NCBI RefSeq assembly: GCF_036365525.1
Contig: NC_090378.1
Location: 119,335,593 to 119,399,592, forward strand
Direction of reading: 5' to 3'
Length of the DNA: 64,000 bases
Origin: Heterodontus francisci
Lineage: Eukaryota
Of this stretch, positions 31,137-46,100 are shown piece after piece. The notes beneath the pieces are model-generated. The model was not told the origin of the DNA. It did not search any database and saw only the letters and a program-made list of their open reading frames with translations. The stretch's first letter is position 1, and each line of letters opens with the position of its first letter. Both the position numbers and the translations under genes were made by a program.

Positions 31137-34100
31137 TATATAACTGTGGGATGTGTCGGTGCAGGAGGTGGGAATGTGTGTCCATTATAATATATTATAT
31201 ATAACTGTGGGATGTGTCAGTGCAGGAGGTGGGAATGTGTGTCCATTATAATATATTATATATAACTGTGGGATGTGTCGGTGCAGGAGGTGGGATTGTG
31301 TATCCATTATTATATATTATTTTTTACTGTGGGATGTGTCAGTACAGGATGTGGGAATGTGTATCCATGATTATATATTATATATAACTGTGGGATGTGT
31401 CAGTGCAGGAGGTGGGAATGTGTGTCCATTATAATATATTATTTTTTACTGTGGGATGTGTCGGTGCAGGAGGTGGGATTGTGTATCCATTATTATATAT
31501 TATATATAACTGTGGGATGTGTCGGTGCAGGAGGTGGGATTGTGTATCCATTATTATATATTATTTTTTACTGTGGAATGTGTCAGTACAGGAGGTGGGA
31601 ATGTGTATCCATTATTATATATTATATATTACTGTGGGTTGTGTCAGTACAGGAGGTGGGACTGTGTGTCCATTATTATATATTTTATATAACTGTGAGA
31701 TGTGTCAGTACAGGAGGTGGGACTGTGTGTCCATTATTATATATTATATAAAACTGTGGGTTGTGTCAGTGCAGGAGGTGGGACTAAGTTTCCATTATGA
31801 TATATTATATATAACTGTGGGTTGTGTCAGTACAGGAGGTGGGACTGTGTGTCCATTATTATATATTATATATAACTGTGGGACATGTCAGTACAGGAAG
31901 TGGGAATGTGTGTCCATTGTTATATATTATTTTTTACTGTGGGATGTGTCAGTGCAGGAGGTGGGACTGTGTGTCCATTATTATATATTATTTTTTACTG
32001 TGGGATGTTTCAGTACAGGAGGTGGGACTGTGTGTCCATTATTATATATTATATATAACTGTGGGATGTGTCAGTGCGGGAGGTGGGACTGTGTATCCAT
32101 TATTATATATTATATATAACTGTGGGACGTGTCAGTACAGGAGGTGGGACTGTGTGTCCATTATTATATATTATATATAACTGTGGGATGTGTCAGTGCA
32201 GGAGGTGGGACTGTGAATCCATTATTATATATTATTTTTTACTGTGGGATGTGTCAGTACAGGAAGTGGGAATGTGTATCCATTATTATATATTATATAT
32301 AACTGTGGGATGTGTCAGTGCAGGAGGTGGGACTGTGAATCCATTATTATATATTATATATAACTGTGGGATGTGTCAGTACAGGAATTGGGAATGTGTA
32401 TCCATTATTATATATTATATATAACTGTGGGATGTGTCAGTACAGGAAGTGGGACAGTGTATCCATTATTACATATTATATATAACTGTGGGATGTGTCA
32501 GTGCTGGAGGTGGGAATGTGTATCCATTATTATATTTTATATATTACTGTGGGATGTGTCGGTGCAGGAGGTGGGACTGTGTGTCCAATATAATATATTA
32601 TTTTTTACTGAGGGATGTGTTAGTACAGGAGGTGGGATTGTGTATCCATTATTATATTTTATATATTACTGTGGGATGTGTCGGTGCAGGAGGTGGGAAT
32701 GTGTATCCATTATTATATATTATATATAACTGTGGGATGTGTCAGTACAGGAAGTGGGAATGTGTATCCATTATTACATATTATATATAACTGTGGGATG
32801 TGTCAGTGCTGGAGGTGGGAATGTGTATCCATTATTATATTTTATATATTACTGTGGGATGTGTCGGTGCAGGAGGTGGGAATATGTATCCATTATTATA
32901 TATTATTTTTTACTGTGGGATGTGTCAGTACAGGAGGTGGGAATGTGTATCCATTATTATATATTATATATTACTGTGGGATGTGTCGGTGCAGGAGGTG
33001 GGACTGTGTATCCATTATTATATATTATTTTTTATTGTGGGACGTGTCAGTCCAGGAAGTGGGAATGTGTATCCATTATTATATATTATATATAACTGTG
33101 GGATGTGTCGGTGCAGGAGGTGGGACTGTGTATCCATTATTATATATTATATATAACTGTGGGATGTGTCAGTGCAGGAGGTGGGAATGTGTGTCCATTA
33201 TAATATATTATTTTTTACTGTGGGATGTGTCAGTACAGGAGGTGGGACTGTGTATCCATTATTATATATTATATATAACTGTGGGATGTGTCGGTGCAGG
33301 ATGTGGGATTGTGTATCCATTATTATATATTATTTTTTACTGAGGGATGTGTCAGTGCAGGAGGTGGGACTGTGTATCCATTATTATATATTATTTTTTA
33401 CTGTGGGATGTGTCAGTACAGGAGGTGGGAATGTGTATCCATTATTATATATTATATATAACTGTGGGATGTGTCGGTGCAGGAGGTGGGAATGTGTATC
33501 CATTATTATATATTATATATAACTGTGGGATGTGTCAGTACAGGAGGTGGGAATGTGTATCCATTATTATATATTATTTTTTACTGTGGGACGTGTCTGT
33601 ACAGGAGGTGGGACTGTGTATCCATTATTATATATTACATATAACTGTGGGATGTGTCGGTGCAGGAGGTGGGAATGTGTATCCATTATTATATATTATA
33701 TATAACTGTGGGATGTGTCGGTGCAGGAGGTGGGAATGTGTATCCATTATTATATATTATATATAACTGTGGGATGTTTCAATACAGGAGGTGGGACTGT
33801 GTATCCATTATTATATTTTATATATTACTGTGGGATGTGTCAGTGCAGGAGGTGGGAATGTGTATCCATTATTATATATTATTTTTTACTGTGGGACGTG
33901 TCTGTACAGGAGGTGGGACTGTGTATCCATTATTATATATTATATATAACTGTGGGATGTACCAGTGCAGGAGGTGGGACTGTGTGTCCATTATTATATA
34001 TTATTTTTTACTGTGGGACGTGTCAGTCCACGAGGTGGGAATGTGTATCCATTATTATATATTATATATAACTGTGGGATGTGTCAGTGCAGGAGGTGGG

Positions 34101-37100
34101 ACTGTGTGTCCATTATTATATATTATATATAACTGTGGGATGTGTCAGTACAGGAGGTGGGACTGTGTGTCCATTATTATATATTATATATAACTGTGGG
34201 ATGTGTCACTACAGGAGGTGGGACTGTGTGTCCATTATTATATATTATATATAACTGTGGGATGTGTCAGTGCAGGAGGTGGGAATGTGTGCACATTATT
34301 ATATATTATATATAACTGTGGGATGTGTCACTACAGGAGGTGGGACTGTGTGTCCATTATTATATATTATGTATAACTGTGGGATGTGTCAGTGCAGGAG
34401 GTGGGACTGTGTGTCCATTATTATATATTATATATAACTGTGGGATGTGTCAGTACAGGAGGTGGGACTGTGTGTCCATTATTATATATTATATATAACT
34501 GTGGGATGTGTCACTACAGGAGGTGGGACTGTGTGTCCATTATTATATATTATATATAACTGTGGGATGTGTCAGTGCAGGAGGTGGGACTGTGTGTCCA
34601 TTATTATATATTATATATAACTGTGGGATGTGTCAGTACAGGAGGTGGGACTGTGTGTCCATTATTATATATTATATATAACTGTGGGATGTGTCACTAC
34701 AGGAGGTGGGACTGTGTGTCCATTATTATATATTATATATAACTGTGGGATGTGTCACTACAGGAGGTGGGACTGTGTGTCCATTATTATATATTATATA
34801 TAACTGTGGGATGTGTCAGTGCAGGAGGTGGGAATGTGTGTCCATTATTATATATTATATATAACTGTGGGATGTGTCACTACAGGAGGTGGGACTGTGT
34901 GCCCATTATTATATATTATATATAACTGTGGGATGTGTCACTACAGGAGGTGGGAATGTGTATCCATTATTATATATTATATATAACTGTGGGACGTGTC
35001 AGTACAGGAGGTGGGACTGTGTGTCCATTATTGTATATTTTATATAACTGTGGGATGTGTCAGTACAGGAGGTGGGACTGTGTGTCCATTATTATATATT
35101 ATATATAACTGTGGGACGTGTCAGTACAGGAAGTGGAACTGTGTGTCCATTATTATATATTATATATAACTGTGGGATGTGTCAGTGAAGGAGGTGGGAA
35201 TGTGTGCCCATTATTATATATTATATATAACTGTGGGATGTGTCAGTACAGGAGGTGGGACTGTGTGTCCATTATTGTATATTTTATATAACTGTGAGAT
35301 GTGTCAGTACAGGAGGTGGGACTGTGTGTCCATTATTATATATTATATAAAACTGCGGGTTGTGTCAGTGCAGGAGGTGGGACTGTGTTTCCATTATGAT
35401 ATATTATATATAACTGTGGGTTGTGTCAGTACAGGAGGTGGGACTGTGTGTCCATTATTATATATTTTATATAACTGTGAGAGGTGTCAGTACAGGAGGT
35501 GGGACTGTGTGTCCATTATTATATATTATATAAAACTGTGGGTTGTGTCAGTTCAGGAGGTGGGACCGTGTGTCCATTATGATATATTATATATAACTGT
35601 GGGTTGTGTCAGTACAGGAGGTGGGACTGTGTGTCCATTATTATATATTTTATATAACTGTGAGAGGTGTCAGTACAGGAGGTGGGACTGTGTGTCCATT
35701 ATTATATATTATATATAACTGTGGGACGTGTCGGTGCAGGAGGTGGGACTGTGTTTCCATTATGGTATATTATATATAACTGTGGGACGTGTCAGTACAG
35801 GAAGTGGGAATGTGTGTCCATTGTTATATATTATTTTACACTGTGGGATGTTTCAGTTCAGGAGGTGGGAATGTGTATCCATTATTATATATTATATATA
35901 ACTGTGGGACGTGTCAGTGCAGGAAGTGGGAATGTGTATCCATTATTACATATTATATATAACTGTGGGACGTGTCAGTGCAGGAAGTGGGAATGTGTAT
36001 CCATTATTATATATTATATATAACTGTGGGATGTGTCAGTGCAGGAGGTGGGAATGTGTGTCCATTATTATATATTATATATAACTGTGGGACGAGTCAG
36101 TACAGGAATTGGGAATGTGTATCCATTATTATATATTATATATAAGTGTGGGACGTGTCAGTACAGGAAGTGGGAATGTGTGTCCATTATTATATATTAT
36201 ATATAACTGTGGGACGAGTCAGTACAGGAATTGGGAATGTGTATCCATTATTATATATTATATATAAGTGTGGGACGTGTCAGTACAGGAAGTGGGAATG
36301 TGTGTCCATTATTATATATTATTCTTTACTGAGGGATGTGTCAGTACAGGAGGTGGGACTGTGTATCCATTATTATATTTTATATATTACTGTGGGATGT
36401 GTCGGTGCAGGAGGTAGGACTGTGTATCCATTATTATATATTATTTTTTACTGTGGGACGTGTCAGTCCAGGAAGTGGGAATGTGTATCCATTATTATAT
36501 ATTATTCTTTACTGAGGGATGTGTCAGTACAGGAGGTGGGACTGTGTATCCATTATTATATTTTATATATTACTGTGGGATGTGTCAGTGCAGGAGGTGG
36601 GAATGTGTATCCATTATTATATATTATATATAACTGTGGGATGTGTCAGTGCAGGAGGTGGGACTGTGTATCCATTATTATATATTATATATAACTGTGG
36701 GATGTACCAGTGCAGGAGGTGGGACTGTGTGTCCATTATTATATATTATTTTTTACTGTGGGACGTGTCAGTCCACGAGGTGGGAATGTGTATCCATTAT
36801 TATATATTATATATAACTGTGGGATGTGTCAGTGCAGGAGGTGGGACTGTGTGTCCATTATTATATATTATATATAACTGTGGGATGTGTCAGTGCAGGA
36901 GGTGGGAATGTGTGCCCATTATTATATATTATATATAACGGTGGGATGTGTCAGTACAGGAGGTGGGACTGTGTGTCCATTCTTGGAGATTTTATATAAC
37001 TGTGAGATGTGTCACTACAGGAGGTGGGACTGTGTGTCCATTATTATATATTATGTATAACTGTGGGACGTGTCAGTACAGGAGGTGGGACTGTGTGTCC

Positions 37101-40100
37101 ATTATTGTATATTTTATATAACTGTGAGATGTGTCAGTACAGGAGGTGGGACTGTGTGTCCATTATTATATATTATATATAACTGTGGGACGTGTCAGTA
37201 CAGGAAGTGGAACTGTGTGTCCATTATTATATATTATATATAACTGTGGGATGTGTCAGTGAAGGAGGTGGGAATGTGTGCCCATTATTATATATTATAT
37301 GTAACTGTGGGATGTGTCAGTACAGGAGGTGGGACTGTGTGTCCATTATTGTATATTTTATATAACTGTGAGATGTGTCAGTACAGGAGGTGGGACTGTG
37401 TGTCCATTATTATATATTATATAAAACTGTGGGTTGTGTCAGTGCAGGAGGTGGGACTGTGTTTCCATTATGATATATTATATATAACTGTGGGTTGTGT
37501 CAGTACAGGAGGTGGGACTGTGTGTCCATTATTATATATTTTATATAACTGTGAGATGTGTCAGTACAGGAGGTAGGACTGTGTGTCCATTATTATATAT
37601 TATATAAAACTGTGGGTTGTGTCAGTTCAGGAGGTGGGACTGTGTTTCCATTATGATATATTATATATAACTGTGGGTTGTGTCAGTACAGGAGTTGGGA
37701 CTGTGTGTCCATTATTGTATATTATATATAACTGTGGGACGTGTCAGTACAGGAAGTGGGAATGTGTGTCCATTGTTATATATTATTTTACACTGTGGGA
37801 TGTTTCAGTTCAGGAGGTGGGAATGTGTATCCATTATTATATATTATATATAACTGTGGGACGTGTCAGTACAGGAAGTGGGAATGTGTATCCATTATTA
37901 CATATTATATATAACTGTGGGACGTGTCAGTGCAGGAAGTGGGAATGTGTATCCATTATTATATATTATATATAACTGTGGGATGTGTCAGTGCAGGAGG
38001 TGGGACTGTGTATCCATTATTATATATTATATATAACTGTGGGACGTGTCAGTACAGGAATTGGGAATGTGTATCCATTATTATATATTATATATAAGTG
38101 TGGGACGTGTTAGTACAGGAAGTGGGAATGTGTGTCCATTATTATATATTATTCTTTACTGAGGGATGTGTCAGTACAGGAGGTGGGACTGTGTATCCAT
38201 TATTATATTTTATATATTACTGTGGGATGTGTCGGTGCAGGAGGTGGGACTGTGTATCCATTATTATATATTATTTTTTACTGTGGGACGTGTCAGTCCA
38301 GGAAGTGGGAATGTGTATCCATTATTATATATTATATATTACTGTGGGACGTGTCGGTGCAGGAGGTGGGACTGTGTATCCATTATTATATATTATCTAT
38401 AACTGTGGGATGTGTCAGTGCAGGAGGTGGGAATGTGTGCCCATTATTATATATTATATATAACTGTGGGATGTGTCAGTACAGGAGGTGGGACTGTGTG
38501 TCCATTATTATATATTATATAAAACTGTGGGTTGTGTCAGTGCAGGAGGTGGGACTGTGTGTCCATTATTATATATTATATAAAACTGTGGGTTGTGTCA
38601 GTGCAGGAGGTGGGACTGTGTTTCCATTATGATATATTATATATAACTGTGGGTTGTGTCAGTACAGGAGGTGGGACTGTGTGTCCATTATTATATATTT
38701 TATATAAATGTGAGATGTGTCAGTACAGGAGGTGGGACTGTGTGTCCATTATGATATATTATATAAAACTGTGGGTTGTGTCAGTTCAGGAGGTGGGACT
38801 GTGTTTCCATTATGATATATTATATATAACTGTGGGTTGTGTCAGTACAGGAGGTGGGACTGTGTGTCCATTATTATATATTATATATAACTGTGGGACG
38901 TGTCAGTACAGGAAGTGGGAATGTGTGTCCATTGTTATATATTATTTTTTACTGTGGGATGTTTCAGTACAGGAGGTGGGAATGTGTATCCATTATTATA
39001 TATTAAATGTAACTGTGGGACGTGTCAGTACAGGAAGTGGGAATGTGTATCCATTATTACATATTATATATAACTGTGGGACGTGTCAGTGCAGGAAGTG
39101 GGACAGTGTATCCATTATTATATATTATATATAACTGTGGGATGTGTCAGTGCAGGAGGTGGGACTGTGTATCCATTATTATATATTAGATATAACTGTG
39201 GGACATGTCAGTACAGGAATTGGGAATGTGTATCCATTATTATATATTATATATAAGTGTGGGACGTGTCAGTACAGGAGGTGGGAATGTGTATCCATTA
39301 TTATATATTATATATTACTGTGGGACGTGTCGGTGCAGGAGGTGGGACTGTGTATCCATTATTATATATTATATATAACTGTGGGACGTGTCGGTGCAGG
39401 AGGTGGGACTGTGTATCCATTATTATATATTATATATAACTGTGGGATGTGTCAGTACAGGAGGAGGGACTGTGTGTCCATTATTGTATATTTTATATAA
39501 CTGTGAGATGTGTCAGTACAGGAGGTGGGAATGTGTATCCATTATTATATATTATTTTTTACTGTGGGACGTGTCTATACAGGAGGTGGGAATGTGTATC
39601 CATTATTATATATTATATATAACTGTGGGATGTGTCAGTACAGGAGGAGGGACTGTGTGTCCATTATTGTATATTTTATATAACTGTGAGATGTGTCAGT
39701 ACAGGAGGTGGGAATGTGTATCCATTATTATATATTATATATAACTGTGGGATGTGTCAGTGCAGGAGGTGGGACTGTGTGTCCATTATTATATATTATA
39801 TATAACTGTGGGATGTGTCAGTGCAGGAGGTGGGACTGTGTATCCATTATTATATATTATTTTTTACTGTGGGATGTGTCAGTACAGGAGGTGGGAATGT
39901 GTATCCATTATTATATATTATATATAAATGTGGGATGTGTCGGTGCAGGAGGTGGGACTGTGTATCCATTATTATATATTATTGTTCACTGTGGGATGTG
40001 TCAGTACAGAAGGTGGGAATGTGTATCCATTATTATATATTATATATAACTGTGGGATGTGTCAGTACAGGAAGTGGGAATGTGTATCCATTATTATATA

Positions 40101-43100
40101 TTATATATAACTGTGGGATGTGTCAGTGCAGGAGGTGGGACTGTGTGTCCATTATTATATATTATATATAACTGTGGGATGTGTCAGTGCAGGAGGTGGG
40201 AATGTGTGCCCATTATTATATATTATATATAACTTTGGGATGTGTCAGTGCCGGAGGTGGGACTGAGTGTCCATTATTATATATTATATATAACTGTGGG
40301 ATGTGTCAGTGCAGGAGGTGGGACTGAGTGTCCAATATGATACTTTATATTTTACTGTGGGATGTATCAGCACAGGAAGTGGGACTGTGTGTCCATTATT
40401 ATATGTTATATATAAATGTGGGACGTGTCAGTACAGGAGGTGGGACTGTGTGTCCAATATTATATATTATATATAACTGTGGGATGTGTCAGTGCAGGAG
40501 GTGGGACTGTGTGTCCATTATTATATGTTATATATAAATGTGGGACGTGTCAGTACAGGAGGTGGGACTGTGTGTCCATTATTATATATTATATATAACT
40601 GTGGGATGTGTCAGTACAGGAGGTGGGACTGTGTGTCCATTATTATATATTATATAAAACTGTGGGTTGTGTCAGTTCAGGAGGTCGGACTGTGTTTCCA
40701 TTATGATATATTATATATAACTGTGGGTTGTGTCAGTACAGGAGGTGGGACTGTGTGTCCATTATTGTATATTATATATAACTGTGGGACGTGTCAGTAC
40801 AGGAAGTGGGAATGTGTGTCCATTGTTATATATTATTTTACACTGTGGGATGTTTCAGTTCAGGTGGTGGGAATGTGTATCCATTATTATATATTATATA
40901 TAACTGTGGGACGTGTCAGTGCAGGAAGTGGGAATGTGTATCCATTATTACATATTATATATAACTGTGGGACGTGTCAGTGCAGGAAGTGGGAATGTGT
41001 ATCCATTATTATATATTATATATAACGGTGGGATGTGTCAGTGCAGGAGGTGGGACTGTGTATCCATTATTATATATTATATATAACTGTGGGACGTGTC
41101 AGTACAGGAATTGGGAATGTGTATCCATTATTATATATTATATATAAGTGTGGGACGTGTCAGTACAGGAAGTGGGAATGTGTGTCCATTATTATATATT
41201 ATTCTTTACTGAGGGATGTGTCAGTACAGGAGGTGGGACTGTGTATCCATTATTATATTTTATATATTACTGTGGGATGTGTCGGTGCAGGAGGTGGGAC
41301 TGTGTATCCATTATTATATATTATTTTTTACTGTGGGACGTGTCAGTCCAGGAAGTGGGAATGTGTATCCATTATTATATATTATTCTTTACTGAGGGAT
41401 GTGTCAGTACAGGAGGTGGGACTGTGTATCCATTATTATATTTTATATATTACTGTGGGATGTGTCAGTGCAGGAGGTGGGAATGTGTATCCATTATTAT
41501 ATATTATATATAACTGTGGGATGTGTCAGTGCAGGAGGTGGGACTGTGCATCCATTATTATATATTATATATAACTGTGGGATGTACCAGTGCAGGAGGT
41601 GGGACTGTGTATCCATTATTATATATTATATATAACTGTGGGATGTGTCAGTGCAGGAGGTGGGACTGTGTATCCATTATTATATATTATATATAACTTT
41701 GGGATGTGTCAGTGCAGGAGGTGGGACTGTGCATCCATTATTATATATTATATATAACTGTGGGATGTACCAGTGCAGGAGGTGGGACTGTGTGTCCATT
41801 ATTATATATTATTTTTTACTGTGGGATGTGTCAGTGCAGGAGGTGGGAATGTGTGTCCATTCTTGTATATTTTATATAACTGTGAGATGTGTCACTACAG
41901 GAGGTGGGACTGTGTGCCCATTATTATATATTATATATAACTGTGGGATGTGTCAGTACAGGATGTGGGACTGTGTGTCCATTCTTGTATATTTTATATA
42001 ACTGTGAGATGTGTCACCACAGGAGGTGGGACTGTGTGTCCATTATTATATATTATGTATAACTGTGGGACGTGTCAGTACAGGAAGTGGAACTGTGTGT
42101 CCATTATTATATATTATATATAACTGTGGGATGTGTCAGTGAAGGAGGTGGGAATGTGTGCCCATTAATATATATTATATATAACTGTGGGATGTGTCAG
42201 TGCAGGAGGTGGGAATGTGTATCCATTATTATATATTATATATAACTGTGGGATGTGTCAGTGCAGGATGTGGGACTGTGTATCCATTATTATATATTAT
42301 ATATAACTGTGGGATGTACCAGTGCAGGAGGTGGGACTGTGTGTCCATTATTATATATTATTTTTTAATGTGGGATGTGTCAGTACAGGAGGTGGGACTG
42401 TGTGTCCATTATTGTATATTTTATATAACTGTGAGATGTGTCAGTACAGGAGGTGGGACTGTGTGTCCATTATTATATATTATATAAAACTGTGGGTTGT
42501 GTCAGTGCAGGAGGTGGGACTGTGTTTCCATTATGATATATTATATATAACTGTGGGTTGTGTCAGTACAGGAGGTGGGACTGTGTGTCCATTATTATAT
42601 ATTTTATATAACTGTGAGATGTGTCAGTACAGGAGGTGGGACTGTGTGTCCATTATTATATATTATATAAAACTGTGGGTTGTGTCAGTTCAGGAGGTGG
42701 GACTGTGTTTCCATTATGATATATTATATATAACTGTGGGTTGTGTCAGTACAGGAGGTGGGACTGTGTGTCCATTATTGTATATTATATATAACTTTGG
42801 GACGTGTCAGTACAGGAAGTGGGAATGTGTGTCCATTGTTATATATTATTTTACACTGTGGGATGTTTCAGTTCAGGAGGTGGGACTGTGTATCCATTAT
42901 TACATATTATATATAACAGTGGGATGTGTCAGTACAGGAAGTGGGAATGTGTATCCATTATTATATATTATATATAACTGTGGGACGTGTCAGTACAGGA
43001 AGTGGGAATGTGTATCCATTATTACATATTATATATAACTGTGGGACGTGTCAGTGCAGGAAGTGGGAATGTGTATCCATTATTATATATTATATATAAC

Positions 43101-46100
43101 TGTGGGATGTGTCAGTGCAGAAGGTGGGACTGTGTATCCATTATTATATATTATATATAACTGTGGGACGTGTCAGTACAGGAGGTGGGAATGTGTATCC
43201 ATTATTATATATTATATATAAGTGTGGGACGTGTCAGTACAGGAAGTGGGAATGTGTGTCCATTATTATATATTATTCTTTACTGAGGGATGTGTCAGTA
43301 CAGGAGGTGGGACTGTGTATCCATTATTATATTTTATATATTACTGTGGGATGTGTCGGTGCAGGAGGTGGGACTGTGTATCCATTATTATATATTATTT
43401 TTTACTGTGGGACGTGTCAGTACAGGAATTGGGAATGTGTATCCATTATTATATATTATATATAACTGTGGGATGTGTCAGTCCAGGAAGTGGGAATGTG
43501 TATCCATTATTATATATTATATATAACTGTGGGATGTGTCGGTGCAGGAGGTGGGACTGTGTATCCATTATTATATATTATTTTTTTACTGTGGGATGTG
43601 TCAGTACAGGAAGTGGGAATGTGTATCCATTATTATATATTATATATTACTGTGGGACGTGTCGGTGCAGGAGGTGGGACTGTGTATCCATTATTATATA
43701 TTATATATAACTGTGGGATGTGTCAGTGCAGGAGGTGGGAATGTGTGCCCATTATTATATATTATATATAACTGTGGGATGTGTCAGTACAGGAGGTGGG
43801 ACTGTGTGTCCATTATTGTATATTTTATATAACTGTGAGATGTGTCAGTACAGGAGGTGGGACTGTGTGTCCATTATTATATATTATATAAAACTGTGGG
43901 TTGTGTCAGTGCAGGAGGTGGGACTGTGTTTCCATTATGATATATTATATATAACTGTGGGTTGTGTCAGTACAGGAGGTGGGACTGTGTGTCCATTATT
44001 ATATATTTTATATGACTGTGAGATGTGTCAGTACAGGAGGTGGGACTGTGTGTCCATTATGATATATTATATAAAACTGTGGGTTGTGTCAGTTCAGGAG
44101 GTGGGACTGTGTTTCCATTATGATATATTATATATAACGGTGGGTTGTGTCAGTACAGGAGGTGGGACTGTGTGTCCATTATTATATATTATATATAACT
44201 GTGGGATGTATCAGTACAGGAAGTGGGACTGTGTGTCCATTATTATATGTTATATATAAATGTGGGACGTGTCAGTACAGGAGGTGGGACTGTGTGTCCA
44301 ATATTATATATTATATATAACTGTGGGATGTGTCAGTACAGGAGGTGGGACTGTGTGTCCATTATTATATGTTATATATAAATGTGCGACGTGTCAGTAC
44401 AGGAGGCGTGACTGTGTGTCCATTATTATATATTATATATAACTGTGGGATGTGTCAGTACAGGAGGTGGGACTGTGTGTCCATTATTATATATTATATA
44501 AAACTGTGGGTTGTGTCAGTTCAGGAGGTGGGACTGTGTTTCCATTATGATATATTATATATAACTGTGGGTTGTGTCAGTACAGGAGGTGGGACTGTGT
44601 GTCCATTATTGTATATTATATATAACTGTGGGACGTGTCAGGACAGGAAGTGGGAATGTGTGTCCATTGTTATATATTATTTTACACTGTGGGATGTTTC
44701 AGTTCAGGAGGTGGGAATGTGTATCCATTATTATATATTATATATAACTGTGGGACGTGTCAGTGCAGGAAGTGGGAATGTGTATCCATTATTACATATT
44801 ATATAAAACTGTGGGACGTGTCAGTGCAGGAAGTGGGAATGTGTATCCATTATTATATATTATATATAACTGTGGGATGTGTCAGTGCAGGAGGTGGGAC
44901 TGTGTATCCATTATTATATATTATATATAACTGTGGGACGTGTCAGTGCAGGAAGTGGGAATGTGTATCCATTATTACATATTATATAAAACTGTGGGAC
45001 GTGTCAGTGCAGGAAGTGGGAATGTGTATCCATTATTATATATTATATATAACTGTGGGATGTGTCAGTGCAGGAGGTGGGACTGTGTGTCCATTATTAT
45101 ATATTATATATAAGTGTGGGACGTGTCAGTACAGGAAGTGGGAATGAGTGTCCATTATTATATATTATTCTTTACTGAGGGATGTGTCAGTACAGGAGGT
45201 GGGACTGTGTATCCATTATTATATTTTATATATTACTGTGGGATGTGTCGGTGCAGGAGGTGGGACTGTGTATCCATTATTATATATTATTTTTTACTGT
45301 GGGATGTGTCAGTGCAGGAGGTGGGAATGTGTATCCATTATTATATATTATATATAACTGTGGGATGTGTCAGTGCAGGAGGTGGGACTGTGTATCCATT
45401 ATTATATATTATATATAACTGTGGGATGTACCAGTGCAGGAGGTGGGACTGTGTGTCCATTATTATATATTATTTTTTACTGTGGGATGTGTCAGTGCAG
45501 GAGGTGGGAATGTGTGCCCATTATTATATATTATATATAACTGTGGGATGTGTCAGTACAGGAGGTGGGACTGTGTGTCCATTCTTGTATATTTTATATA
45601 ACTGTGAGATGTGTCACTACAGGAGGTGGGACTGTGTGTCCATTATTATATATTATGTATAACTGTGGGACGTGTCAGTACAGGTGGTGGGACTGTGTGT
45701 CCATTATTGTATATTTTATATAACTGTGAGATGTGTCAGTACAGGAGGTGGGACTGTGTGTCCATTATTATATATTATATATAACTGTGGGACGTGTCAG
45801 TACAGGAAGTGGAACTGTGTGTCCATTATTATATATTATATATAACTGTGGGATGTGTCAGTGAAGGAGGTGGGAATGTGTGCCGATTAATATATATTAT
45901 ATATAACTGTGGGATGTGTCAGTGCAGGAGGTGGGACTGTGTATCCATTATTATATATTATATATAACTGTGGGATGTAACAGTGCAGGAGGTGGGACTG
46001 TGTGTCCATTATTATATATTATTTTTTACTGTGGGATGTGTCAGTACAGGAGGTGGGACTGTGTGTCCATTATTGTATATTTTATATAACTGTGAGATGT

